A stretch of 64,000 nucleotides of DNA from Bacteroidetes bacterium GWE2_42_24 (GCA_001768515.1 MEOA01000010.1:140490-204489), one strand, 5' to 3'; positions 1 to 9,419 are shown, counted from the first letter of the stretch. Notes: generated from the sequence alone by a model not told the origin. Numbers and translations: made by a program.

Positions 1-177
1 GCTGAAACTCCAGCAGGTACTCGAACTATTCTGATTCTTTGGTCCCGTATGGGGCAGTTCTTTGATAAGGGTAAACCGGTAGCCGCTATCAGCGGTGGCC
101 TTCTGCCCTGTCACAAACTGCGAAGTTGTCAGCAGAACCAGTGCTATCAGCCCTGTCTGGATAGTTTTTCTGATCAT
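1..177 (-). CDS. Papain-family (C1) cysteine peptidase, aminopeptidase C-like; N-terminal part only, runs off the window start
   Basis: Hand translation of the minus strand from ATG 175-177 gives MIRKTIQTGLIALVLLTTSQFVTGQ (signal peptide). It continues to ...PKNQNSSSTCWSFS, the Q..(G/S)xCW(A/S)FS active-site Cys motif. The frame is open to position 1. Confidence 0.55.
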   Translation of the reverse strand, partial: MIRKTIQTGLIALVLLTTSQFVTGQKATADSGYRFTLIKELPHTGPKNQNSSSTCWSFS

Positions 178-253
178 TGGTATGAGTAAATTGAAAGATT
201 AATGAGCTGCAAAACTACAAAATCCGGTCAACAGAATGCACATTCACCCATCA

Positions 254-793
254 TTACAACAACCCTTTTTCACGGGCTTCTGATTCGCGCAAAGAAAAAA
301 TCAGCTCATCTGCCCACTGTCCCTGCTTACTGACCGATTCAATGAGCGTAGCCTCATGCCTGAAGCCGCATTTTCCAAGAACCCGGACTGAAGCTTTGTT
401 GAAACTGAAAATTCCTGCAAAAATGCGATGGGCTTTCATTTCATTAAACCCCACCTTCACCATGGCACGAACTACCTGCGTCATAATCCCCCTGTTCCAG
501 TAGGGTTCCCCAAGCCAGTAACCAAGTTCAAGATTAAAACGGTATACATCCTGACAGGCATGTAACCCAACCGATCCGGCAAACTGACCTTCAATTTCAA
601 TGGCCCTGACTATGTTCGCCTGATTGGCTTCCATCATTTTAAGCCAGGCATAAGCGTTGTCGATGGTATAGGGTGAAGGGAAACCATCACGCAGATTACG
701 GGCTACCTTCTCATTATTGGCCAACTCAGCCATTCTAATGGCATCCGTCGATTGGAATGGCCTGATAAGGCACCCCTGAAGAATTATTTCCAT
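254..793 (-). CDS. GNAT family N-acetyltransferase (RimJ/RimL-like)
   Basis: 179-aa ORF with an ATG start. It has a RimJ/RimL-like layout with an acetyl-CoA-site-type segment WNRGIMTQVVRAMVKVGF. Confidence 0.75.
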   Translation of the reverse strand: MEIILQGCLIRPFQSTDAIRMAELANNEKVARNLRDGFPSPYTIDNAYAWLKMMEANQANIVRAIEIEGQFAGSVGLHACQDVYRFNLELGYWLGEPYWNRGIMTQVVRAMVKVGFNEMKAHRIFAGIFSFNKASVRVLGKCGFRHEATLIESVSKQGQWADELIFSLRESEAREKGLL

Positions 794-970
794 TATGTAT
801 GGGTTGTTTTATAATTTTGCAAATCTGTGATGATCTGTCATTCCATCATCCATAACCGGGTTCAAAATTAATTTTTTTCTGTAAATGGGTAACACATACC
901 TCCAATTTAGCAGGAACAGGCCATAGCCATCAAGTATCGCTCTTACTTATACCTTGAAATCTGAATTTTC

Positions 971-1558
971 ATGAATACTCAGCGTTCATCCACCCCTTTA
1001 GCCGGGGATATCACCCTTCGGGCTTCCATTGTAAAGCCAATGGCCATCTGGTTTTCCGGACTGTCAGGGTCTGGAAAAACGACCCTCGGCCAGATTATCG
1101 AAAAAAGATTGCGTGCTGCAGGTATGTTGGTTAAACTCCTTGATGGAGACATTTTACGGGATGGTCTGAACAACAACCTGGGTTTCTCACTGACCGACCG
1201 GCATGAAAATATCAGGAGAGCCGCTGAGGTATCAAAGCTTTTTGTACAGTCGGGCTTCTTCACCATCAACTGCTTCATAACACCTACGCATGAACTCCAG
1301 CAAATGGTCAAAGACATCATTGGTGAAGAAAACCTGATGAGCGTCTACCTTGACACCCCTGTTGAGGTATGCGAGGAACGTGATGTCAAAGGACTCTACC
1401 GGAAAGCCCGCCTCGGCGTCATCCCTGAATTTACCGGCATCTCCTCGCCCTTCGAACCCCCCATTCATTCTTCAGTAATTCTTGCCACTCATCGTTTATC
1501 TATTGATGAGGCCGTTGAGCAAGTCATTGCCGCTTTGATAAAAATGCCAATCGAATAA
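971..1558 (+). CDS. cysC: Adenylylsulfate (APS) kinase
   Basis: 195-aa ORF with P-loop FSGLSGSGKTTLG, followed by LDGDILR and NLGFSLTDRHENIRR, which are typical of APS kinase. Confidence 0.9.
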   Translation: MNTQRSSTPLAGDITLRASIVKPMAIWFSGLSGSGKTTLGQIIEKRLRAAGMLVKLLDGDILRDGLNNNLGFSLTDRHENIRRAAEVSKLFVQSGFFTINCFITPTHELQQMVKDIIGEENLMSVYLDTPVEVCEERDVKGLYRKARLGVIPEFTGISSPFEPPIHSSVILATHRLSIDEAVEQVIAALIKMPIE

Positions 1559-1733
1559 CCACACTGCAATTTCCGCTACATTCTGCGATGAGTCCGATGG
1601 TTCCATCATTGCACCATTGGGTGAAATGGACGTTTGCGTCAAAATCAGTTACTTCCTTCCCCCTCAAGCGATAGATAATTCAGCAAGAACTGCCCTTACA
1701 GATTAATAACAATAAGTGGTTTGTTATAAGCTT

Positions 1734-2969
1734 TTATTTAACGATCATAAACTTTTCTCTTCCTACCACCCGGTTACCGCCCATCACCTTCACCACATAG
1801 CACCCCGCGGCTAATGTCGGCGGGAGGTTAACCTGCAACGATTGGCCATGAAGGACAGCCGACTTGCAATTGTAATTAAAAACGCTTTGCCCGGAAAGGT
1901 TGCTGATTTCAATGGCGGTTACAACCTCGCCTGTAGGGATATCCCTCAACCATACAGCATCCGTGGCCGGGTTAGGGCTGAGGGAGATGGAGGGAACAGA
2001 TGGCAATGGCATCTCACCGGCTATCAACTCGTTGTATAACAGATGACTATAGGTGTTAAAAGTTGCTCCCCCGTCGCTGCTATACGAAATCTGTAAATCA
2101 TAAGTAATAATACTCGGATCGTAAGTAAAATAAACACTTTCAAACCTGATAGCATAAAACTCATTACTCTCTCTTCCTGCAATATATTTTAACTGGTCAT
2201 AGTTATAATAAGGGAATGTTGATTTGTAGCTGAAAGTAGAGCCATGGTTAAGGCTTTGATAAACATTCACTTCCCCATTGCTTTTGGTAACCCCAACATA
2301 AACCTCTTCTGCAACAGCCCCGGCAGTAATTGTAAATGTATAATTGCTATTAGTATTCTCTACCAGGTTCTGAATTTCATCGGGAAACTGGATATACTCA
2401 AAGGTTTGCCCGTTGTCGTAACTTCTGAAAAACCGTCGGCTGGTATCAATTCCAAGCAACACGCCCGGCTGGCTACCGGCGACAAGTCGTCCATTGCAAT
2501 GTGGAACCAGACTTGAAATCAACTGAAAGGAAGCTCCGGAGTCAATACTCTGGTAAAGATTGTGGTCATAATCATTAAACAAAAACAGTTCACCTGCCTG
2601 GTTTCCTTCAAAAAATAATGTATATGAAATGTTATGATTATATAGCGTGGTATCCCAATTAGCTCCGTTGTCATACGAACGTTGAATATTTGAATTGACT
2701 CCGTATATCAGTCCCAGCGACCGATCACCGGTCAGATTACTAAAATACTTGAAAGTGGTGTCATAAAAGGAGATTGTTTCTCCATAGTCATCAGTATGAA
2801 TAAATCCGTGATTGACACCCGGGTTGGGAAACCCTGCTTCATACCATTCACAAAAAAAGGTTAACTGACCCGACCCGGAGCACCGGCATATCCTTTGAGC
2901 CTCCACTGAACCTGAATGAAACAGCAGCAAAACAGTGAAGAACATTATTATTTGAAATGACTTTTTCAT
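1734..2969 (-). CDS. Secreted BNR/Asp-box repeat (beta-propeller-like) protein with T9SS C-terminal sorting domain
   Basis: Signal peptide present. Five Asp-box-like SxDxGxT(W/F) motifs: YDNGANW, SIDSGASF, SYDNGQTF, SLNHGSTF, SSDGGATF. The C-terminal ~80 aa (LSPNPATD...KFMIVK) look like a Por secretion tail. Confidence 0.7.
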   Translation of the reverse strand: MKKSFQIIMFFTVLLLFHSGSVEAQRICRCSGSGQLTFFCEWYEAGFPNPGVNHGFIHTDDYGETISFYDTTFKYFSNLTGDRSLGLIYGVNSNIQRSYDNGANWDTTLYNHNISYTLFFEGNQAGELFLFNDYDHNLYQSIDSGASFQLISSLVPHCNGRLVAGSQPGVLLGIDTSRRFFRSYDNGQTFEYIQFPDEIQNLVENTNSNYTFTITAGAVAEEVYVGVTKSNGEVNVYQSLNHGSTFSYKSTFPYYNYDQLKYIAGRESNEFYAIRFESVYFTYDPSIITYDLQISYSSDGGATFNTYSHLLYNELIAGEMPLPSVPSISLSPNPATDAVWLRDIPTGEVVTAIEISNLSGQSVFNYNCKSAVLHGQSLQVNLPPTLAAGCYVVKVMGGNRVVGREKFMIVK

Positions 2970-2974
2970 GGCTA

Positions 2975-3196
2975 TTAGATAATTAATGAATATTTTTTGA
3001 GTATAGCAATCCCGCCGATCATGAAAAAGAATAGGATTGAAAAGATGAAAACTGTTGCGTCTAATCCAATCCTGCTGTTGGTTTGATTTTCCATTCCGAA
3101 AAGGATTAAAACAAATGTTAGACTCGTATAAAGAACTACTACAAAAATAACATCTAATTTGTTTGAAAACAAACTTTTATCGTTTTTTTTCTTCAT
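2975..3196 (-). CDS. Small two-TM membrane protein (hypothetical), 5 nt upstream of the BNR gene
   Basis: The ORF-track start 3226 is a TTG; the first ATG (MKKKNDKS...) is at 3196. Two hydrophobic helices. Coding status is uncertain. Confidence 0.4.
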   Translation of the reverse strand: MKKKNDKSLFSNKLDVIFVVVLYTSLTFVLILFGMENQTNSRIGLDATVFIFSILFFFMIGGIAILKKYSLII

Positions 3197-3565
3197 AAAT
3201 AGAGTTGTCGGTGAATGAACAAGCAATCTTGTGAGTCCATTTCTTCGGCCTTGAATCCAATAAATTCAGGCCGGAAGAAGTATTCAGCGAATCAAACGGA
3301 TTGCACAGAATATCCTTTTTGACATAGCAAAACTACCTTGATGATTGAATTGCTATATGATGACCAATTGGCTCTGAATGCCTGACATTCCGATCAATCA
3401 GTTAACGGAAAGATAGTGAAGGAAGCATCGGGTGCTTTGTTTGTTCTGAGGAGATAACTACAAACAGACAACCTGTTTTTATTCAACAAAACTTTAATGG
3501 GTAAGATGGTATGTTAGCAGGTGGATTATTGCCCAAAATCAGACCTCAGTAAGAGCTCAATTACA

Positions 3566-3770
3566 CCAAAAAACCCACATTATTCTACAACATTCTCCAA
3601 TTTTACAAACTGCTGACTGACAGCGGTCAAACATATCATCGGTTCGAAGTAGCTTCGAACTGGCTTCGAAGCGGCTTCGTAGTGCTTTCGTGTTGAAACG
3701 AACCGACAACGAAGCAGCAAAAAAGCAGTCCCGAATGAATCATAACCATGGTTTAACTCATGTATCAAAA
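3566..3770. repeat. Copy A of a dispersed non-coding element with seven 11-nt-phased TTCG/CGAA units
   Basis: The core 3574-3718 aligns to 49722-49867 at a constant offset of 46149 through the array, ~80% identical by hand count. TTCG occurs at 3643, 3654, 3665, 3676, 3687 and CGAA at 3699, 3710. Confidence 0.85.
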
Positions 3771-4011
3771 TGACTATTATATGTAAAACGGGGGTAACTT
3801 TAATGTAAAACTGAATGGTTAGCGTGCTATAATACAAATGGTTATAAACTATTCAAAATTTAATTTATAACCCTGCTAAGCATCAGTTTGGACAAGGCAA
3901 TACGCCTCAGTACCAAGCCGGTATAGGCATGATAATCATAATCTTAACCGAGTAATCGAAAGTTTTCAAGTCAGGGAAATATAGGAGCCTCAATCCTGTG
4001 CTGCGATTGCG

Positions 4012-4122
4012 CTATTCGCCGAAATAGAAATAAACAACTTTCCCTGCTGGAAAATCCCTTAGCAGCATACGCCACTGACAACCAAATCTTAGTAAAAAGA
4101 AAATTGCATTAAGATTTCTCTT
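4012..4122 (-). pseudogene. Relic of an IS5/IS4-type transposase N-terminus (DUF4096-like segment)
   Basis: The minus-strand translation KRNLNAIFFLLRFGCQWRMLLRDFPAGKVVYFYFGE* matches the conserved ..LNAI.Y.LRTGCQWR.LP.DFP.W.TVY.YF..W block of these transposases. It ends in a stop and no DDE domain follows. Confidence 0.7.
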
Positions 4123-4519
4123 AACGACAAAGAAAGATATAAATATGAGTAATATCCGGCACGAATTTAGCAGGTGCAATTCAACAATAGATTTTGTTTT
4201 GGGGAAATAAGCCAGAAACGCTTTCCGATTGTTCAACAGACTCACCACTGGTTGAACCCGGGACATGGAATTCCCTGCCTGTGCAGCAAAGAAAGCCTCT
4301 TCATGCACGCTTTATGATTCAGAAAGTAATTGACCCGGCATACATTTAGTCTAAATATAAAGTTACAGGGTGACAACCATCGTTTTTACAGATTATCCTT
4401 CCACCGCTTTAGATTCGTCAAGAATTTCAGCCGGCAGAAACTCCGGGGATCTTTGAGAAATCATCAACGAAAACGGTGGTAAAGCAAGACTTTCAATACA
4501 AATTCCGGTAGGACCTTTT

Positions 4520-5533
4520 TTAAACAACCGGATAGTTGCGGAAAATTTTGTCTGATTTCATCAGGATATCGACATATTGGCCGCGTTTGTAGGCGAAAGG
4601 GTCTTTGAGCATCTTCTGAGACAATTTGCCCCGGAAATCGGCCAGCGAGTGGTAGCCATGGGTGTTCATCCAGGCTTCGAGGTCGGTAAGCATCCGCGCA
4701 ACATGTTGAATACCATGCTTGTAAAGCGTGCTAACCACCTGAACAGCATCGGCTCCGGCCAGTAACATTCTAACAACATCGCGGCCATCGTAGATGCCAT
4801 TGCTACTACAAACATTGCCATTGATAGTACCGAAGAGGAGCCCGGCATAGCGAAGTGCCAGCCTGTGATCATCGGGGCTTGACAGGTTGTAAGGATATAT
4901 GTGTTCTTCACGTTCTACGTCGATATCGGGCTGAAACAACCTGTTAAACAACACAAAGCCATCGGCACCAGCCTCATCCATCTGCCTGATTACATTCAGC
5001 GGGTTGGCATAGTAAGGACTTAGTTTTGCCGCCACCGGGATACTGACAACCTGCTTTACCTGCCGGATAATCTGAATACGCCGGGCGATAAGTTGTTGTT
5101 CAATTTCATCAAAACTGTCAGAGGCATGATAGAAATTGAGCTCGATGCCGGCAACACCAGTCTTCTCCAACTTAGCGGCCCAAACAGGCCATGTTTCATC
5201 ATAAACGGCGTTAAGGCTTGCGAAAACCGGGATATTAACACTTTTCACCGCCTCTACAAGATTGTAAAGGTATTCTTTCGGGCCGGCATGTTCGATGTCG
5301 GGGAAGATATGTTGCATTTCTGCATTACGTTCGTTATAGCCAGCCTTTTCCTGCTCAAACTGATAATTCTCAAGTTGAATCTGCTCTTCAAAAAGAGATT
5401 TATACACGACGGCAGCAGCACCAGCCTGCTCCATCTTTTGAAGGTGTTGGCTATCGGCCGACAGATTACAGGCACCCACGATTATTGGATTTTTGAGCTC
5501 AATGCCCATGTATTTGGTCGTCAGAATACTCAT
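4520..5533 (-). CDS. Dihydroorotate dehydrogenase-like (class 1 DHOD/DPD-fold FMN TIM-barrel) protein, non-canonical active site
   Basis: 337-aa ORF with a DHOD-like N-terminus GIELKNPIIVGA and C-terminal GADAVQVVS. The place of the (E)LN(L/I)SCP(N/H) catalytic loop reads ELNFYHAS. Confidence 0.7.
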   Translation of the reverse strand: MSILTTKYMGIELKNPIIVGACNLSADSQHLQKMEQAGAAAVVYKSLFEEQIQLENYQFEQEKAGYNERNAEMQHIFPDIEHAGPKEYLYNLVEAVKSVNIPVFASLNAVYDETWPVWAAKLEKTGVAGIELNFYHASDSFDEIEQQLIARRIQIIRQVKQVVSIPVAAKLSPYYANPLNVIRQMDEAGADGFVLFNRLFQPDIDVEREEHIYPYNLSSPDDHRLALRYAGLLFGTINGNVCSSNGIYDGRDVVRMLLAGADAVQVVSTLYKHGIQHVARMLTDLEAWMNTHGYHSLADFRGKLSQKMLKDPFAYKRGQYVDILMKSDKIFRNYPVV

Positions 5534-5582
5534 AGCGTTAAGATTAATGGGGGTTAAAAATTTGATTTATAGCATTAGAACC

Positions 5583-5590
5583 CAAAAATA
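5583..5590 (-). promoter_or_regulatory. -7 box TAttTTTG for the DHOD-like gene
   Basis: The plus strand reads caaaaata, 50 nt upstream of the 5533 start. Matches the Bacteroidetes TAnnTTTG consensus. Confidence 0.45.
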
Positions 5591-5888
5591 AGGTACTTTG
5601 TTCGATTGTAGTAAACTTTTATTGCGGTTAACATTTTATCCTCTGACTGATCTATAACCAGGGAGTTGAACAGAAGGTTATCCATCCCTGAAAGATACTC
5701 AATAATCTGCACCAATCCGGATATTCTAAAAGCATAATTCTTTTAATCTAAACCATTTCTAAATAAGCCATTGGCATAGAATATCACGTGAAAAAGGGCG
5801 AGTGAGTTAGGGAAAATACGTACCTTCGCACCGCTTTTTGCTCTTGATTTTTAACCGCCTAATTATACGCTTTTTAACTCTTATATAA

Positions 5889-8800
5889 ATGGAAAAGAAA
5901 AAGTTTATCACCCTCGATGGCAATATGGCTGCCGCCCACATCGCTTATATGTTTAGCGAAGTTGCCTCCATCTATCCCATCACCCCCTCCTCGACCATGG
6001 CTGAGTACGTGGACGAATGGGCTGCCAACGGACGTAAAAATATCTTCGGAGAAACTGTCGACGTAGTTGAAATGCAATCAGAAGCAGGAGCTGCCGGCGC
6101 ACTTCACGGTTCACTACAGTCTGGTGCCCTGACCACTACCTTTACAGCTTCACAGGGTTTATTGCTGATGATTCCCAACATGTATAAAATTGCCGGAGAG
6201 CTCCTTCCCGGCGTATTCCATGTCAGTGCCCGCACAATTGCATCACAGGCTCTTTCGATTTTTGGCGATCACTCCGACGTGATGGCCACCCGCCAGACCG
6301 GTTTCGCACTATTGGCATCGGGTAGTGTTCAGGAAATCATGGATGTGGCTGCTATTGCCCATCTCACGGCCATTAAATCGCGTATTCCTTTCCTCCACTT
6401 CTTCGATGGGTTCAGGTCATCACATGAGATCCAAAAGATCGAGATGCTCGAGAACGATGATCTGAAAGGGCTCCTCGATATGGATGCGCTAAAGGCTTAC
6501 CGTGATCGTGCCCTCAACCCAGAACATCCCGTAACGCGCGGTACGGCGCAGAACCCCGACATCTTCTTCCAGGCACGTGAAGCCTCCAACAGGTTCTATG
6601 ATGCCATCCCCGACATGGTAGAGGATTACATGAAAGAAATCACCAAACTCACCGGACGTGAGTACCACCCATTTGTATATTATGGCGCAGCCGATGCAGA
6701 AAACATCATTATTGCCATGGGTTCGGCAACCGAGACAATCCGTGAAGTTATAGATTACAAAATAGCTCAGGGCGAAAAGGTTGGTCTTATTATAGTTCAT
6801 TTATACCGTCCTTTCTCGGCTAAATACTTCTTCAACGTATTGCCCAAGACTGTGAAGCGGATTGCCGTGATGGACCGCACCAAAGAACCCGGCGCCAATG
6901 GAGAACCACTTTACCTCGATGTGGTCGAGATGTTCTACAATCAAAAAAATACGCCACTGATAGTTGGCGGACGTTATGGACTCAGTTCGAAGGACGTTAC
7001 CCCCTCACAGATACTGGCTGTATACGACAACCTGGCAATGGCCGAACCCAAGAATCAGTTCACCGTGGGCATCGTCGACGACGTCACCTTTAAATCACTT
7101 CCCTTACAGCCCGAACGCAGTTTTGCCCCAAAAGGCACTTTTGAGGCAAAGTTTTATGGTTTAGGTTCAGATGGTACAGTGGGTGCCAACAAGAACTCCA
7201 TCAAAATCATCGGCGAAACCACCGATAAATACTGTCAGGCCTACTTCGCCTATGACTCGAAAAAATCGGGTGGCTTTACCGCATCGCATCTTCGTTTTGG
7301 CGACAAACCCATTCGCTCGACCTACCTGGCCACCAATCCTGATTTCGTAGCCTGCCATGTTCCGGCTTACCTTGATAAGTATGATATGCTCCGTGGTTTA
7401 AAGAAAGGCGGGAAATTCCTTTTCAACTCCATCTGGGATATTGAAGAGACCAAGCGTCGTCTGCCTGATCATATCAAGCACTACCTTGCTGCAAACAATA
7501 TCAACTTCTACACCATCAACGCAACTGCCATCGCCGAAGAGATTGGTCTGGGTAACCGCACCAACACTATCATGCAGAGCGCCTTTTTCAAACTTGCCGA
7601 GGTTATTCCATTCGATCAGGCCAGAGAAGAGATGAAACGATTTATCAAAAAATCGTATGGCAAACAGGGTGAAGAGATAATCAGAATGAACAATGCTGCC
7701 GTAGACCGTGGCAGTGATGTGATAAAAGTTGAGGTTCCGGCTGAATGGGCCAATCTTGATCCGACAATCAAATTAGGTGTCCATGGCAACCGTCCTGAAT
7801 TTATTGCAAAAGTAGCTGACCCCATTAATGGTCAGATGGGTGATGATCTTCCTGTAAGTGCTTTTCTGGGCCGTGAAGATGGAACCTTCCCCTCAGGCAC
7901 CACCCGTTACGAGAAACGCGGTATTGCCGTGAACGTTCCGGAATGGCAGTCAGACAATTGCATCCAGTGTAATCAATGCTCCTATGTTTGTCCACACGCC
8001 GCTATCCGTCCTTTCCTCCTGAATGAGGAAGACATAAAGAACGCACCGGAAGGCACCGTGACTATTAAGACTAACGGGAAGGGACTCGAAGGAATTCAAT
8101 TCCGTATTCAGGTTAGCGTACTCGACTGCACAGGTTGCGGCAACTGTGCAGATGTTTGTCCTGCCAAAACCAAGGCGCTTGAAATGAAACCACTGGGAAC
8201 CCAGATGGAAGAAGTGGCCCGTTTCGAGTATATGGACACAAAGGTAGGTTATAAGGAAACCTATTTTGACAAGACCAAGACGCTCAAGAACAGTCAGTTT
8301 GCTCAGCCATTGTTCGAGTTCTCGGGTGCTTGCGCCGGTTGCGGTGAAACACCCTACATTAAAACCATTACCCAGCTCTATGGTGAACGGATGATGGTGG
8401 CCAACGCCACAGGATGTTCTTCAATTTATGGCGGTTCGGCACCTTCGACACCTTATTGCGCCAATCATGAAAGCGGACATGGTCCGGCATGGGGCAATTC
8501 GTTGTTTGAAGACAATGCAGAATTTGGTCTGGGAATGAATGCCGGTTCAGGCAAACTTCGCAACCGTATTGAATTGAGGATGAAAGATGCACTGGCCGGT
8601 ACGCTGAGCGACGACCTTCGCGAAGCCTATACCAACTGGATTAATGGAAAGGACGATACACAGGCTTCTAAGGATGCTTCGAAAGCTTTACTTCCGTTGC
8701 TTGAAAAATCCACTGATCCTATCGCACGCGAGATCTATGCCCTGCGCCAGTTCCTGGTAAAGAAATCATTCTGGATCTTCGGTGGCGACGGTTGGGCTTA

Positions 8801-9419
8801 TGATATCGGTTATGGCGGACTTGACCACGTGATTGCTTCCGGCAACGACGTCAACATTCTTGTACTCGACACCGAAGTATATTCAAATACCGGAGGTCAG
8901 GCTTCGAAATCAACCCCCGTTGGTGCAGTGGCCAAATTCGCAGCATCAGGCAAGAAGACCCGCAAGAAAGACCTTGGTGCCATGGCCATGACCTATGGTT
9001 ATGTCTACGTCGCACAGGTGGCAATGGGAGCCAATCAGGCGCAGTACTTCAAAGCCCTACGTGAAGCTGAGGAGTATGCAGGGCCATCGCTCATCATCGC
9101 GTATGCTCCGTGTATTAACCACGGCTTACGTGCCGGCATGGGAAAAACCCAGGAAGAAGAAAAGCTGGCTGTCGAAGCAGGTTACTGGCACCTATACAGA
9201 TTCAACCCAATGCTCGAAGCAGAAGGTAAAAACCCGTTCACGCTCGACTCCAAGGAGCCGGTCTGGGATAAGTTCCAGGGATTCATAAACAGTGAAGTCA
9301 GATATTCTTCATTGAAGAAGGCGTTCCCTGCTGAAGCAGCCGAGTTGTTCAAGGCAGCCGAATATAACGCTAAATGGCGCTACAACGGTTACATGAGAAT
9401 GTCGAAGATGGAATATTAA
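5889..9419 (+). CDS. nifJ: Pyruvate:ferredoxin (flavodoxin) oxidoreductase, single-chain
   Basis: 1176-aa ORF with ferredoxin-type motifs CIQCNQCSYVCP and CTGCGNCADVCP and the TPP motif GGDGWAYDIGYGGLDH. Confidence 0.95.
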   Translation: MEKKKFITLDGNMAAAHIAYMFSEVASIYPITPSSTMAEYVDEWAANGRKNIFGETVDVVEMQSEAGAAGALHGSLQSGALTTTFTASQGLLLMIPNMYKIAGELLPGVFHVSARTIASQALSIFGDHSDVMATRQTGFALLASGSVQEIMDVAAIAHLTAIKSRIPFLHFFDGFRSSHEIQKIEMLENDDLKGLLDMDALKAYRDRALNPEHPVTRGTAQNPDIFFQAREASNRFYDAIPDMVEDYMKEITKLTGREYHPFVYYGAADAENIIIAMGSATETIREVIDYKIAQGEKVGLIIVHLYRPFSAKYFFNVLPKTVKRIAVMDRTKEPGANGEPLYLDVVEMFYNQKNTPLIVGGRYGLSSKDVTPSQILAVYDNLAMAEPKNQFTVGIVDDVTFKSLPLQPERSFAPKGTFEAKFYGLGSDGTVGANKNSIKIIGETTDKYCQAYFAYDSKKSGGFTASHLRFGDKPIRSTYLATNPDFVACHVPAYLDKYDMLRGLKKGGKFLFNSIWDIEETKRRLPDHIKHYLAANNINFYTINATAIAEEIGLGNRTNTIMQSAFFKLAEVIPFDQAREEMKRFIKKSYGKQGEEIIRMNNAAVDRGSDVIKVEVPAEWANLDPTIKLGVHGNRPEFIAKVADPINGQMGDDLPVSAFLGREDGTFPSGTTRYEKRGIAVNVPEWQSDNCIQCNQCSYVCPHAAIRPFLLNEEDIKNAPEGTVTIKTNGKGLEGIQFRIQVSVLDCTGCGNCADVCPAKTKALEMKPLGTQMEEVARFEYMDTKVGYKETYFDKTKTLKNSQFAQPLFEFSGACAGCGETPYIKTITQLYGERMMVANATGCSSIYGGSAPSTPYCANHESGHGPAWGNSLFEDNAEFGLGMNAGSGKLRNRIELRMKDALAGTLSDDLREAYTNWINGKDDTQASKDASKALLPLLEKSTDPIAREIYALRQFLVKKSFWIFGGDGWAYDIGYGGLDHVIASGNDVNILVLDTEVYSNTGGQASKSTPVGAVAKFAASGKKTRKKDLGAMAMTYGYVYVAQVAMGANQAQYFKALREAEEYAGPSLIIAYAPCINHGLRAGMGKTQEEEKLAVEAGYWHLYRFNPMLEAEGKNPFTLDSKEPVWDKFQGFINSEVRYSSLKKAFPAEAAELFKAAEYNAKWRYNGYMRMSKMEY

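Noticed and set aside
3418-3427. GAAGGAAGCA resembling the conserved SRP (4.5S) RNA domain IV sequence
   Set aside because: Only 10 nt match. The flanks do not form the long SRP hairpin or the GNRA-capped helix 8.
3574-3579. CCCACA/TGTGGG at the element edge as a Tn7-like transposon terminus
   Set aside because: With ...CCCACA-3' as a right end the transposon interior would lie to the left, but the conserved sequence extends to the right. There are no TnsB-type 22-bp repeats and no tns genes.
3641-3660. GGTTCGAAG resembling a tRNA T-loop
   Set aside because: No acceptor, D or anticodon arms can be drawn. The motif is simply the first of the phased TTCGAA units.
3580-3837. 85-aa minus-strand ORF covering repeat copy A
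   Set aside because: The second copy (49715-49920) has indels and stops in that frame, and the substitutions are not biased to third codon positions. The conservation is at the nucleotide level, not the protein level.
4071-4077. GCCACTG, a cobalamin-riboswitch B12-box-like heptamer
   Set aside because: It is the reverse complement of the codons for the CQW residues (..GCQWR..) of the transposase relic. No other riboswitch elements surround it.
5720-5785. 9-bp inverted repeat (gatattcta / tagaatatc) upstream of nifJ
   Set aside because: For a 355-nt AT-rich spacer this is about what chance predicts (expectation ~0.2 by my rough estimate). I do not regard it as evidence of an operator.
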